A stretch of DNA of 64,000 bases from Paraspadella gotoi (GCA_051294375.1 CM119267.1:9660339-9724338); one strand, 5' to 3'. Positions 38,288 to 54,000 are shown, counted from the first letter of the stretch. Numbers and translations are program-made. The notes: a model not told the origin generated them from the letters alone.

Positions 38288-41200
38288 CTGCAAAATAATT
38301 ATCGAAGTTTATGAATTGAAGAAGGTGAGATCTGCGCGATTCCTGATATGATTTTGAAAATGTTTGAAAAAAAACTGATAAAACGGCGTTTTTGCATCAA
38401 CTGGATCTTCATCAATGAAGAATTCATGTAGAATTTCTTTTTGTGACCCGTATAACGAAGTCACTTTAGATTATTAAAATTTAAAAATGTAACTGATTTA
38501 AGCACCCTTGGTGTTAATAATAAGCCAAAAGTTATTCATGATACGCTAAAGATACACTAACTCAACATGGGCCAGACCTAAATATATGTTAAATTGTCCC
38601 TCAAAAAATAAACATTATATTCGAATACTTTTTTTGCGGGACAGCCCGTTTTGGACTTACTCTTTTTTTAGAACTGAAAATTTGGCATATGACTCACCTA
38701 GAACTGCACCTATACCCAAACAGGGCTTCACATTTATAAATATAGATATATTTTATTTAGAATTGTTTATTGTTTGCCAATACAACGATTTTTTATTTTC
38801 ATAGCTACATGTTTCGACTCTGTTGATTCGAAGTCACGAGTCTTCATCAGCTCTTGAAAAACTGATTATACAAACGCTCTACAATATAAGTTAGAGACGA
38901 AGAGGAGAGAGGAGAGAGAGACGAAGAATGAGAGAGGAGACGAGACGAGAGAAGAGAGAGAGACGACGAGAACGAGAGGGCATGACAGAGAGAATGAGAC
39001 GAGAAGACTGCGTGATGAGAAGCAGGAGAGAGAGACGGATAGACGCGAGGAGACGGAGAGAGATAGAGAGAGAGAGATGAGAGAGTCATTGAGGGAGAGT
39101 TCCAACAAACGGCGCTGAGTTACCTGTAAAGGACAGTAGGCCACGATGAGAGACAGGTGAGTGTTTAAGAACAGAGAAGAAGATAAATTTTGAAATCGGT
39201 GAAAAGTGAAAGAGAGCAGATGAGAGAGAGAGGAAAGATTAATTCATTTGACAATGTACATCACAAAGCATAAATTGAGATAGGAAAACTTAGAAATAAG
39301 CCTGCTGAGATCGATATAACAAAAGTTAGAATAAGTAATAATGCATGAAAAATCTGAAATGAGGATAGGTGTGAGGGATAGGATAAGTCTAATAGTTAAG
39401 TGAAAATATTATAAGAGAAGAAAGAGCCTCACAAATGCAGCTGGCCCCCCCCGCCGTCCCGGGTGTGCGACAAAGGCTGCCGGGACGCCCTGCACGATAT
39501 GACTGGGTCATTGGCTTGTCACTAGGACTGAGATGAATATTCTTTGGGTAGAGTGGATATCTCATGGGCAACGGTAAATGACCCGGCTGGGAAAATACCA
39601 AGCCTGACCACTCTAATATCTCGAATTCAACAGAGTTCGAAACATCGCTTACTATGAAAATACAAAATCGTCGCTATTGAAAAGAGACGACAATATCTAC
39701 AATGATATAATTTTATGGTAATGTCACTTGAAGTTTGAGAAAATTTCTTCATTTTTCCCGCAGACAAAACGCGTTCATTGTCTCTCATCCGCCGTCTCTT
39801 GCCTTTGCTGTGAATCCGTTGATGTTGCTAAGACGTGTTCGCTAGGGCGAGCAAAGAAAGAAAGTCGTTTGTTCAAGCGGCTCGTTTGTCGCCCGACAAA
39901 AGATCATTCCATTGATAACGCTTTCGTACGGTAACGCAGATGAGACATGCAAGAAAACGCAAATAGCGGCAAACGAATTTCTCTCTCTCTCTCTCATCCT
40001 CTCTCTCTCTTCTCTCTCTCTCTCTCGTCCTCTCTTCTCTTCTCTCTTCTCCTCTCTCTCTCTCTCTCTTCTTCTCTCTCTGTTTCTTTAAAATGGCCTT
40101 TTTGAAGCCAAAACTTTAATTTTTTTTTAGTTTTGGAAATTCGATCGTTTAAAAACAAAATCTTTCTCGCTCCCATTCACTGTTCTACCACCCAAGGGCG
40201 CCACCCTTTCCACTCCCTCCCAGCCACCCCAAAAGCGGCCATCCTTCAACTACCGCCACTCCTTCCAGCCACGCCCAGACGGTAACATTTCCCGTCCCCC
40301 AGGGCGTCACCTTTCCTGCCCCCCTCTCCTCCATCATGGACACGCGAGGGCGCTGCCGATGATCTTCCTTTCTGGCCCGTCAGTCGAGAAGGCGTCCCGC
40401 CAATTGATCCACCACAAAATTCTCAGTCAAAACGCGATTCGTTCCTCATTTAGTTTCTCTTTTTCTTTTTTCTCTTTTTCTTTCTCTTTTCTTATTCTCC
40501 TCAAGAATCCGGGTTCCATAACACCGACAGAGAGATGTCGTTGCGGCGCTTGAGAGTGGACTCTGTGGAACGAAACTGAACGACGAAATTTAAGGATGAA
40601 ACTGCGTCGTTTAGGAAAATTTAAGGCCCGAACACTGTCCAACGGCGACTTCTGCCGGAAAACTAAATAAAAACAAAGGTTATGTGCATCGGGCAATTGG
40701 ACATGATGTCGTTGGCGATTTACGATTCATCTCATTGACATAAACGAATTTTGGTTGACAAACGGCAGATTGTAAAAGCCTGTAGCATATCGATTACGAG
40801 AATGACCGATCTGGAAGATCGCTTCTCCAAGAGTCAGGCGGAAATAAATCTTGTCTGCCGTAATTAAAAAATAAGATATATGAAGTTGGTACACAATGTT
40901 TTATTGACGAGCGCTTGCCTGCCTTAGCACAAGTATTCAAATTTCTCGCTTAAATGTAATGAGTCGAGGCAATATGCTCTAAAATATCCTAGATGCCTGG
41001 GTCGGCCCACGTCCGGGTGACGTACCGTCGGTAAGACAAAGACCTCTCGTTGAACATCGGTGGCGAGCTGTAGACCTGGTCCGCCGGACGCGAGTTAAAT
41101 CGAGGTGCAAGTGACGCCTGACTTTTAAGTGAATCGAACGAACCGAAGCGGGGAAAAAAACCAATAATCGGTGACAGCGAGCGTTGACAATCGAAAGAAT

Positions 41201-42021
41201 TGTGATACCTGGGGAGGTTGTGGAGAGTGACGCCGAGATGCAACGGTAGAATCACTTTGGATTCGTGGATCTGGAAGGAACGGAAGGATTAGAGGTAGAA
41301 AGAAAAGGACTGGAGAGGGAAAGCGAAGATAGCGGAAAGAGCGAAAGACGGGAGAAGAAAAGAATGAAAAAAAAAGGAAAAATTTAGGGGAGTCATATAA
41401 TAAAGAAATAAAGAAAGAAGGCATGAATTAAGCGAGCAAAGAACTCACGAGAAAAACGACGTAAAGCTCAAACTAGGGGGAAAAAACAATGGGTGGCGAA
41501 CTGCGTTGCTAACAATGTCTATTGTCGAGTTCGACTCGCATGAGATGAGCGTCAGCTTTGATTTTACCTTTGCCAAAAAGAATGACGTTGGGCCAGAATT
41601 CGCAAGAGGGCAACGGGCATCGCAGTCGCGTGAAAGACCGTGAAACTCTTTACGACCTCAATTCGCTCCTTTTCCGTCTTCGAGTCGCAGGTGGAAAGCA
41701 AGTGGAATTTCCACATTCCATCGACTTGCAGTTCCATTTATTTATATTAGCGCCGAGTCAAAAGTAATTACTTACGAGGGAAGACGATTAAAAAATTTAA
41801 TGGAAACATAACGCGTGGTCGTCGTCGTCGTCGTCGTCGTCGTAACATCGGGTTTGGATCGTTTTTTTTATGATCATTTTACCGTCGACGATGATTTCGC
41901 AGTTTCAAAAAAAAAAATATCTACCGCATTACCTGGGACGCGGAATTACTACGTACCAACTCCTGCGCTAAGGACGGGAAAATGGATCTCTCTCTCTCTC
42001 TCTCTCCTCTCTCTTCTCTCT

Positions 42022-42071
<50 letters not shown>

Positions 42072-45000
42072 CTTCCTGTCACAATCCCTCAGGTGTGTGA
42101 GAGCAATGTGACGCTTTTAATCAACTTCCTCCTCTTCGTTGGACCGTGACGATGATGAGGAACGACGACGACGACGACAACGACGACGACGACACTCGGG
42201 AAAAAGAGACTTCGAAGAAGACAAACGATCGACGAAAAAGAAGACAAATGAGTCACTTTTAACTTCGCCTCCTCAAATTAGTTTCGATTCCATCTTCAGA
42301 ACCGAAGAGAAGAATCGAGAAAAGGCGACTCGCTCGATTTCTTTCTTTCGCTTCAGTTTTGAACGTTTTAGGCGCTAGTTTAAGTTTGACTGCTACTCAA
42401 GGAACTTAGGATATGAAAATTAAAATTGAAATACTCTTATTGAATTAAAATACATTAAAAAGCGTTAAACGGGTTATTATCCAAGACTACTAAAGTATTC
42501 AAGTTTTAGTATTTAAGTTAGTCCATGGGAAAATCGTTAAAATTTACTGGCCTTGACTTTAAAGCATTTTTACAATTTACTAGAAAGTTTAGGAGCAGAG
42601 CTCCTCTATCTGCCGGAGAGATCGTCTTTAAATCCGTTTAATTGTTCTACGGCATCTCGTAAAATCCGTTTTAGCGGATATCGTAAAATCCGGAGGAAAG
42701 AGATAAAACGCTGACCTTGGAAATCTCGAAACGTAAGCTAAGATTTCAGGCGAGTTATGACCCGAACTCTTGCCTATGAGCTTGAGGAATGCGTGAAAAA
42801 AAATGAGTGGAAAAAAGAAAGTAGGAAAAAAAAATAAAAAAAAGAAAGAAAGAAAGAAAGAAAGTAAGAAAAAAAGATAGAAAGAAAGAAAGAAAAAAAT
42901 ATTATAAAGGAGTTTTCTCTTTTATAATTTATTGCTCACAAACAAAAGTCAAATTGTAGATATTCATTATTATTATTATTCATTATGCAACTCGAAATGA
43001 AGTTTTGTTTATGACGCTTTGTAGTGATTGCGACACAGAACACAAAGGTTTAGTACCCAGAGAACAAAGTTGATCTTACGCAATAAACAAATTCCTTTCC
43101 TCTAACATTTACTCTTCTTCTTCTCTTTCTTTCCCTACCTCCTGACCCATTCAGCCCCTCACCTTTCTCGAAACTCACTCACCAGCGGCGTCTCTCGATT
43201 CGTCTGCAAAGAGTAGGGGTCATTTTTTAAACGATTCGTCCGGTGAGGGGTTCGTCTGAGTCGGTCATGGGTGAGTTAGTCGCCCCAAGGATTGGCCCAA
43301 TTACTTATCCCGATGACCTCGGGTCTCGCCTCACCTTCTTTCTTCTCTGGGTCAAGGTTCAGTTTCTTTCTTTTTTTTATTTCCATCATTTTTTATTGTT
43401 TTACGCACTTTTTTATGAAAATTTTACTACATAGATTTTACTACATTATTATTAAGACTTTTATAAAAATTATAGAAAATTAAATATATTTTATACGAAT
43501 ATTAATTAATTTTAATGTTAATGAGGTCAACGCGCGTCACGAGGTTAAAATTACTTCTGCCAGGTTTATAATTAGATATTACTGAATAATGAATAGTGAA
43601 TATCATTCTTGTTAGAAAGTCATTTATTAAAAAAATAAAAAAATAAAAAATGCAAATCAGAAAGGGATGGAGTTGAGAATTTGTTAATAATAATATTTTA
43701 ATAAAATTTAATAAAATTTTATAATGATAACTGTTATAAAATAAGACTACTTAGTAGAATCATATGTTCTGATAGGAAAGTACCTTCAGCAATGAGTCAG
43801 AAAACATCACAGCCATACAGATTTCTCTGTCTCTTCTTCATCGTTTTCCTGCGATCTCTATTCGTCTCTCTCTCTTTCGCTCTTCATCTCTACTCTCCGG
43901 TTCTCAAAATAAATTCTGGATTGTCATTCGGTGCGCACGGCCTTCTCTCCATCTCAGAGGGTTAATCCCATGGAAGTATGTCTTCTAACTTGTCCTCTCT
44001 TTCAGCTTTTATCTTAAAATAATTCTCGCTAACCAGTATTTCTCTTACTCGGCTCCCCCTTCCACCTCCTCCAATTTATTTTGACTGAAGCAATAGAAAC
44101 GTAAATCCCTCGTCCTCAGGCCACAGTCTTGCGCAAAAGAAGAGCACGCTTCGGATGCTTCGGGCGCTTACTGCACATTTTCGTCGGTCCATGCCTCAGT
44201 CTTGACTACCGACAGGACTATCATCTCACTCCAGCCTTTATCAGCTCCACCCTAAGGCCCAGAGACGCGAGCCTATCCCGAGAGACACAGATTAACGCAA
44301 TGAGAGTGCGAGCCGACAATTTTAGCCGACGCCTCACGCGGAGTAGAAATAGGCTCAGTACGTTGTTAAGCGACCGATACGAGTGCATGAAGTCGCCTGG
44401 AGTTACGGACCATTGCGGTAGGGTAGTTTAGAGGTGTAGATATGGAAAAGAGCAGGACATATAAACGCGTCGCACCTAGTTTATCTCACAGCTAAATTGA
44501 GAGAAAACTGAAAGGAAAGAAACGAAACATCGTCGAAGAGAGAGGAGGGTGGAGGTATGGAGGCGAGGACGGAGAAGGAGAGAAGGCACAGAATGAATAT
44601 GTAAGTAGAAATAAGGTGGAGGTCGGACGGCATTGACATATGGCCGCATTAGATGAACACATCTAGTAGAATAGAACACTGCTCTGCAGTATTATAATAG
44701 TAAAGAACTGAAATTTCGATTGATCGCGAGATCTCACGAATAAGTCGATAAATATTAGATAGTATTTAGATGTACTTTTATAACTCTGACTAGTGGTCAC
44801 CATTGAAATAATAGTCATAATATTTAAATCTCGTCAACATGAGGACGAGCGTTGGAGAGAAAGGAGCTACTTTTATTGAGAGCAGTTGATGAGTTAGAAC
44901 AGAATTATTTATCTCTCAGAGATCCTAACAATTTTAGTGACGCGGTTTACACCTCCCCCCCCGTTTCGTTTTTCACCTTTGCCATCACTTCCATAAAATT

Positions 45001-48000
45001 TTCTCATCCTAGCCTCTCATTTCCTCGTATATTCACCAGTATCTAAAAGCTAAAAGACATACAGGACCTAAGGTTCAGGCCATTTAATACTCGTCTTGCA
45101 TTTATATTATTGATATAAAGTAAGACCCTTAAAAATACATAATCACAGCCTTATGTAAACTCAATGTAGATACTCTGGAACCAAATCGTCTCTCAGTCGT
45201 AAAAACGACTTTTGAATAATTAGAAAAAAGTAGGGCGCTTTATATCGGTGTGTGTCTGTCCCTATCGACACGTGTCTCCAACAAGTTTTCACATTTAATC
45301 GCCTCAGCTGCGCGCTCTACACCTAAAACCAGTCGTTTTTTTATCATATCTTGTAATAATAACGAGGGAATTTATTTCTTATTCGTTACAATTTTATCTC
45401 CTTTTTTTTTATGCACAGACGAAAAATAATATGTATATCTTCCATCGCCATGAAGATCTGTTCCGTTAAAGATCAAAGTTCGTCATAAAATTATATTCCC
45501 GCTTCTCGAGAAATATAATTTGCTCAATCCAGAATAAAAGACAAATAGAAAATGGAGAAATAAAAAATAAAATGGCCGACGTCAGAAAACGTTTATTGTA
45601 TAATACATGTTTCACACGAGCGAGACACACTGAGGTAATCTCTTGGTACTCGCGATCAGCCTGAGGTATGGTAGCGAAGACGGCGCTTTCGCTCTTGCCG
45701 TATGGTAAGATCGTGTGCGCGCTCTCGATGATTGTTCTGGCTTTTAAAACTGAGACTCAGCCTATCTCTCACCACAATTATGAATAATAGGCTCGCAATG
45801 AAGTAGGAGCTCAGATTACTGGGCGAGACCCAGAGCTGTTCGGTCTGGAAGAGAAATATTTCGGGCGTGCCGTAAAGATATATCGAGCGATCTTCTCCGA
45901 GAATCGGTAACAGAGAGACGGGAGTAGTCGATAGAATCGGCGAATGAAAGGTCGAGGCTGGACTTGTTCTCCTCAAAGACAGCCGCGAGGCCGCCCGAGC
46001 CGCCTGACCAATAAATTTGAGGTCGCGGCGCTATGGGCTCATTGCGCGATGCGTGGCGAGAGCAATGGGCACACGAGAGACGTGGCATCTGAAGCGGCAT
46101 CCTCTCTGAGTTGCCAGCCGAGTCAACTGTAAGGCATCTCAGGATCCTCGTAATACATCTGATCCCAGATAGTTCTGGTCGAGAATTAGAAGCATGGAGA
46201 AACCTTTGGGCTGAACGACGACCGAAGACGAACGACGGAGATGACAGATGACGATAATGACGACGAGGACGAGAAGCACCGTCCGGTTAGTCAGTCCGCC
46301 GGTACGAAGAAGATGGGCGTGGCTGAAAACGTCTGCGGCAAGAGGCGTAGTTGCTGTTGGTCGGTCTCGAGATTTGGTGCGTTGATTTGTATGCACCTTT
46401 GGTTGCTCTCAATTGGGCGTCGGTGTGTAGCGAGAGATGCAAGTAAACGTATACGAGAAAAAAAAACAATTGAGGGAAAGATTGAGTTATGGTTAGTAAA
46501 TTTTATAGAGATATTATGTATAAAATGGAGGAGGAAAGAGATAGTTTCAAAAAGTCCAGGTATCCTGTTGTGGAGGTGTTCTTATCAATAACTTATAGCA
46601 TTTTTCAGCCGATAAACAACAATCACGTCACTTCAGGGAGGACGCTCAAAGTAAGTTCTGCTCTTCGAATCTGACCGCACTCTCACTTTCTACATATGTC
46701 TATATATTTTCTTTTTATCTCTTTCGTAAGTGGCAGCGGGCGAGTGCGACATGTTAATATAAGCAGGACTCGATTTTTATAAATGCTCGAGCTCACTCGC
46801 CGTGAAAGGAGCAGTGGGTGCCATATGAGATGTGTTCCTCCAGAATCAGACCTCCACGAAGCGGAAGCTATGCAGTGTCGAAGGGAGAGAGAGCCCGTCC
46901 CGCTTCTTGGAGGTCGTCGCGCATCAGTTCGCTGTTTGGTCTCGCTCGAGAAAGTGATTTATCGCGTTATATTTTTAAAGATGATTTGTTTGATGTCAAC
47001 TTTTGTTGAGGATGCTGAGCTGCGACTTCGAAACATGAACTTTTGAAAATGGATTCGTGAAATAGTTAGGTTTCGACCATCTAGTAAGGAGAATTCACAC
47101 AATGAGAAAAACTTAGAGGGAGTCATAGCTATGTAGTCATTTCAAGCACTCAGGTCTATTACACTGCGTATAAGTCATCTATTTGTAAAAAGTAGCAATC
47201 AATACTTCTCAAGCTAAAGTTAGCACGAAAAGAGAGCAATATGAAATATGGATATACACCTTTTCACCTAACTTTGTGTGGAGATGTATGAGACTCGAGT
47301 ATTCTAAAATTTTGGCGCAACTCGAGGAGAATCTCTGAAAATGATCTTTTCGAGAGAGATTATATTATACTCAATTCATAAGATAAACGGAGCGCACATC
47401 ATGTCATGAATTTTACAATTGGGCAGATACTAACGACTTGTGTCTGGTGCGAATAATGAGAATTTCTCACCTTCAATGTTATGTTACGCTTTTATTTTCC
47501 TATTTTCGTTTCTTGTCGTCGATTTCCGCTGTATTGTTTGTATTATCATATCTTGAATGAGATGTCCGTGCACTCACACGGAGTGTAAATAGGTTTGTAC
47601 TCAGTAGAGACGGCTAGGTAAGACAATAATGAGTTGCTAATTCTGTAAAACACACTCGAGGTGCGTACTAGTTCATAGCTACTATTTCATCTCTACATGA
47701 CCGCTCTCTTTTTCTCTTCTCCTCTCTCTCTGCTCTATACGCTCATATCATCATCTACTTCTCACATACTTAGCATGATTTCTGGTCACAAATACATTCT
47801 ATCAGTCTCAAGTTACCTATACTACTTTGAATTCTTCTCTCTCGTCGTCCATACATTACCTCGTCCAATGCTCTTTCTCATGCTTCTGCTCACTCTTCTC
47901 TTGCTATCGTTCTCATCTTTCGCTTATGCTCAGCACCTTGTATTGTTAGAAACACACAGAACCAAAAGTTATACACTCCTCTCTTCAGTAGAATCTTTGA

Positions 48001-51000
48001 GAGCGCGCTCCTATCACTTACGTCTTCACGGTTCTCTCTTATTATTTATCATTATTCTCGCTCTCTATCCCTTATAACCGGTTCAGACGCTCACTGTTTT
48101 TCGCCATTCTGTTTTGTTCTTTGCACCTATCAGCTCTATACGTTTCAGCTCATATAAAACTTCACCCGATTCGCTTTACCACGCGCGCTACATTCATCTA
48201 TATTAGAAAGATCTCTTTTTGTTTTGTCCGTTTTAAACGCATATAAGTAGATTAATTAAACTAAGTTTTCTGGCAAAAAAAATTGGTATTTGCGCATGAT
48301 GTGTTCTGTTACGGTCACAACAAAATACAATTTTTACTTTTCATCTTCTTATTTTAAATGCCTTGTCCTTTTTAGGATACGGTTTGAATTTCATTTCGCG
48401 AATAACTAAGAAACTTAAAATATTGCGGTTTTTTTAGATGAGTAGCGATTTACTGACAGTTGTATACGAGTTTGTAACTTTTGAGAAATCGAAGGAATCG
48501 TAACTATCGCAGATTAATTTTGAAAAAAAGCCTAGACTGTCGGATAAACGATGGAAATTCTTGTTCTCGCAGGCTTCGCCTCTCAAGGCCTCAGCCATTT
48601 CAACGGGAATGCTTCGCTTCCAAGGGCGGCGGAGGTCGAGACTCGAGTTAAAAAAATTACCTTGGAATGGACCGAATGACGGGGTGAATGTGAGACCGGG
48701 GGCACGGAGCTAACGGGATCGGTGTGGCCCGAGGCCGCCGGACCCGTTTTAAATTAACCTGGCCGCAGACAACCCCGAGCTTTATATTCGGTTTCAGGGG
48801 CAAATGGTTGGCGATGCGTCGTCGCTACATTACAGGAACGCTGTATGGATCGACTGGCCGCGAGACGGCGAGTCAAAACTCCAAAGAAGGAACTTCACCT
48901 TAAGTCTTCGCGGCTCCGTTTTCGGGTCGCTTTCGTCGAAACTCAGGCCGCGAGAAAGAGGAAAGAAAAAGAAGGGGAGGGTGAAGGAATGGAGAAAAGT
49001 ACAATAGTAAAGAAAATAGACCTAATAAGTAGTTTAGAAATAGTGTCTGGGAAAATACCGTTTTATCTACTAGGTTTTAGGCAATGAGTCGTAGTTTTGT
49101 GAATTTTAACGTATCCTCGCGAGATCTCTGACTCGGTTGCTTCTTAGTCGTTCCTGATCGGTTTGAAATCGTTTAGGCTCTTGATACACCTCCAATGATC
49201 ATTACATTTCTTAGGGAGTATACCTCGGGGCGCTGTGGTGTTATGGGGTTAATCTGACCGAGCCATCAATTGCTATGTAAAACTTTAAAGGAGAAAATCG
49301 AGGTTAAAAAATTCAATTTGGTCTGCCCAAGAATAGATACTGATCAGTATTCAGTATCCTACAGATATTGTTATAATAAGGATTTATTTTCAGGACAAAA
49401 TCTCCCCTTGATTATCGTGACATTGTTAATAGCAACAATTGCGTCCGCACCTTGGCACCATTTATAGGCGCCGGACACCACGAGCGGTCTACACCTCATT
49501 TGGTCGTCTCCTTCTAATTTGAATACACCAATATATCCTATCACGCACCAACACCTCATGACGGCCTCACCGTCTTCAGCAGAGGTTCACATCACAAATT
49601 ACTTCCATTTCCGCATGTTTTTCGACTCCAGATCTTCCGTGCTATTTCACTTTTCTCTTACGTCACTAATTTTTTTCAAAATTTTTTATTTATCCTTCTT
49701 TATTTTTCATAGTCTCTCTATCTGTACTCTATTCTTCGTTCCCGTTATAAATGGTTCTCAGTCTCATATTGGAAGTCCCTCACCTCGTATTTCACCGAGC
49801 CTCACATATGCGTGTAAACTTCGAATAAGCAACTTTCAATGACTCACGCACCCAATGCCCCTTTGGAGTAGAGGTATAACAGGAGCGAAATTCGAACGTA
49901 AAGTTCAGACGACAAAAGTAGACGACCGAAGGTATTTTGTCGTCGTCATCAGAGGAGCGAGAACGACTGTTGTATGTGAACCTTTATACAAGCGTCCGCT
50001 GCTGAAGCGCGCTGCCCTGCCATTACGGCTTGCCGTGAACAGCAGCTGACGGCTGCCGGTGCATTCTCTGAAAAGGAGAGACGCAGAAATTTCGTGTCGA
50101 CTAAAGGAACAGCACTTCACTTGTCTCGCAGAACGAAGAGATAAGAATATAAGTGTTATATTTTAGAAAGAAAAGCCATATCTAAGGAAACGTAAACACA
50201 AAAACTGTAGACTGACTGAGAGGAATTCCATTGATGAGAATGAAAAGCATTTTAGGGAAAAACGAGTAACTGTTAAAGAGTCAGCACTCTCTACCCTAGC
50301 GTGACATAGAGATACTTCATGATCAGACGTAACTCATAATGAGTGTGATAACTCGCGCAGTGAATTACTCTTAACGACTCAACCATTTCACAACAAGGCA
50401 GCACGCCTTATAAGAACCCATCGATATATCTCTGAACGTATCAGCCCAAAAACAAAGTTCCGCAGGCGATGCTGACGTCGCCGAGAGAGAACTCTCATCG
50501 CATCACCGAGTCTGTCACCGGAGTGCTCTCTCACACATGACTCGATTCGAGACTTGCATGCAATGACTCTGGTAACGAGGCGGATTGCCTAATTTGAGTA
50601 CACAGGAGCTTCTCGAGCAAGAGGTGTCTTGTGTAATATACTATTTGTCGCAACCATAGCGAATATATTTCGTTCCTCTCGCGCGTTCTCCCGATTTCTC
50701 TTCTTTTCGTCGTTTTATTGCTTTGTTTTTCGACGTGCTGTTTTCTGTTTCTATTATGGATTTCCTCTGCATCTTCGCGCGCGTCACACATTCGTTTAGT
50801 CGTGCTGCTCAAAAAGGCGTAACGATATAAATCTCCGGAGCCGATGTGGCGGGCGGCGAACCCGGGTTGAGGGTGGCGGAGCTAAACGGGCGACGTGCCC
50901 ACGCAAAAATAAAAAAAAAGAAGGATGGAATATAGAAGAGGAAGGCGAGGAATATGAGAACGAGAGTCGTAGAGTGTAGAATGTTTGCGTGAGAGGTCTG

Positions 51001-54000
51001 TCCGCGCGACCTTGCGTGCAGGTGCGGATGTGAGTAGCTTCCCACATTTCGTCCACGTGTGTTTGGTGAGAGCGCTCTAGTGATTGAGCCTTATACACGC
51101 GTAAGGTATCAGAAATAACGCGAGGAGAGCCGTAATTTTCCAGTGTGTATAGTATATATGTCTATGTTTTGTTTCTAATACATGTGAGGACTTTTTACTT
51201 TTAAAGGTCCAGTGAACTGACGAATGCTTTGAGTATTAGACACCGAGACTTTCGAAAGCTGAACATTAGTCGGCGTCCTAGCAAAGTATTACGCTAGCAT
51301 GAATGACTTTCTCTGCATTTTAACTGTCACTCATTTGATATATATTAATTGGACGCTGTATCAAATAGTCTTAATATATACAGGAATAGAACATGAGTTA
51401 CCTTTTCTATAAACTTACAGAATGAGTCAACCACGTCCTCGATCGGCGCGTCCGCCAAAATCTTGAACGGCAATGTTGACTTGCGAGAGAACTCTGCTCT
51501 ATATGTGGAGCAAACGATCAACATCTTCTTGCCATGCGGTTGCCTATCTGGTCTGGTCTCCTATATTTTGATTTCTTTTTCTTCCCTATCAACTCACCCA
51601 AAAATTTTTCGACCTTTCTCCCGTGAAGTCTTTCAGCTATCACGACTTTCTTTTTTTCTTCTCTCTCTCGTCTCTCCAATTTTGTTGTCGCCTACGTTTC
51701 GGGTCTAGGGCTTCGTTTAAACTTTTAATATGGTCTGTCTACTGATTCTTCGACCAAAGAGGCCCGTATCTATTTTGATCGACGAGGAGAAAGAAAGTCT
51801 GATCTGAGAAGAAAATGTAATTGCTTTATCTTACTCTCTCTCCTATCCGGTATCACTCTCATCTTCTTTTCGTCTTCATCTTTTCTCTCTTTCCATTGCA
51901 GGTCGCGCCTCATTAGACATATTTTCTCTCTCTCGCGTCTAACCAATCTTCATCTCTGCTCTCCGCAATCTCAGTCTACAATGACGCTGTATGCGAGTTC
52001 GATTTTGTCAATTCGATCGCGAGAGAGATTATTAGAGTGAGAATTTCTCCACGGGAAGCTTGTTGACGGACTCGAACGAGGCGCACACAGTTCTCACGTA
52101 TTCACCTAGGTGTCACCTTGGGCCAATATCTCACGTACTCAGGCACCTCATATCCGACGCACTTTCTAGCATTCATCATCTCTCAAATGCTATTCCTCCT
52201 CATCTCTTCCGTCTTCCTCAATCGTGTGATACACCTCTCTCTCTGCTCTCTCTCTCTCTCTGCTCGATCTGCTCTCTTCGGATCGTTCTGCAATTCTGTT
52301 TTCTATTTCTTTATATCCTCTCTCGTATTTGCGTCTCTTTTTTTCATGCTCTTAGCTGTTATTATTCCGGAATGTCTTTCTCGAAGCGACTCACCGGACA
52401 CCAGACTGCCTACGAAAGTCGTCGCTCTGCGCACTTTCGGCGATTTTATGTCACTTCTTTTTATCTTGTTGGCATTTCCTGTCAGCTGCTATCTATCAAG
52501 CCATTAATCCTTATTTGTCCTCAGTTTGTTCTATTCAAATACGAATTCGCGCAACACTTCAAGTGACTGGTACCTTATTACATCTGCTCGGCCCGCTCTG
52601 CGCCGCTTTCTCCTTTCTTCTGTCCCTGCGATCGTTAGACATTCTACAAAATATGCTCGCGTTTGGCCTCTCTTCCGCGTTTTGTGAACCACGCGTGTTT
52701 GTGCGATACGACTCTACTCTGAACGATAGATGATTCTGATCTCACTTCTATATATTGACTTAGAGATTTCTCACTCTAACAGATGTCTCTGAGATACTTA
52801 TACCCGCTCTCAATCTATTTATAATAGCTTTCATACAACATTTTAGTCTCACTTGTGCCTCTACTGTCAGCCCTTCTGTCCCGTACGAAGGAGGTAACGT
52901 GACGGACTTGTATACCAAAGTGAGAAACTAGAAGGGAAGATAAAAAAAGGACACACGATAGTAGAGAGAGATAGAAAGAGAGAACAAAATAAGATTAGAA
53001 TAAAAGGAGGAGAAGAGTGAGAGCGGAGAGACAGGCGAGCAGGAGAGGAGACTCTCTGTAATTAGAGGAATGTATGTTCTTTGCATTGAGAGCTAGAGTG
53101 AACAACGAAGTTGTACTATTGTGAACAGAAGAAAGGAGAATAGGGTCTGTAGGAGTATGTATTGGCAATAATAGCGGGTAACGCGCGCGAAGAGTCGTGG
53201 CGACGTTTATCTCGGTTGATGTCTCGAAGATACAAGGAGAGGAGTTGGCGATATGCAAAATAGTCGGCACGAATCTACAGACGCACGCGCACGCGATAAA
53301 CTTATATGATCGCTTAGACAGCTCGTCTCTTTTTCAGCTACTCCTCCACAGCGCTTTAATTCACTCTCCTTAGAAGTACTTTGCTTCCGAGCGGATACTC
53401 GCACATGTTACCCATCCCTGGATTCAACATTCTCCATTCCTATATCGCCTTATCACTTGCTCAGCGCTGGACATGTATTCAGATATTACGCCGCAGCTTC
53501 TAATACTCTTTCAGCATCCGACGTTTTCACACAGTTTTCTCCGCTGCAGAACGCAGATGGGCCAGCTTCGTCCTCCGCGCATCAAACATCCCAATTATTC
53601 TCACCGTAACCGCCGATCTTCCCTTCTTCTCTCTCGTCTCAGCAACAACTATACCTGCTACACCATCCTTATATAATTTCTTTCCTTCGAGAGACCGGAG
53701 CAGAAAGCTGGTCATCTCCGCCAGCTGTTCTCTCGATGTCCTCACTTTTGTACTTCCCCAGTACTATACGACCTCTGGCGTGAGTGTTTCTGTGTCCAGC
53801 TAGCAGCAATGCCACATTCTCTTTCTCGTCTCTGACCGCGAAATGATTATAATCTCCTTCAGATCCTTCTCCGGTCATCATCATCTCACCTGCCCTCATG
53901 ATATTTCTTCTTAACTCTATCACTCGGCCTGCTGAGCTAGAGCGTTCTTATCGTATACTCCTTCGGGCTTCGGGCCGTTCTCTCAGTCCTTACCTCACTT

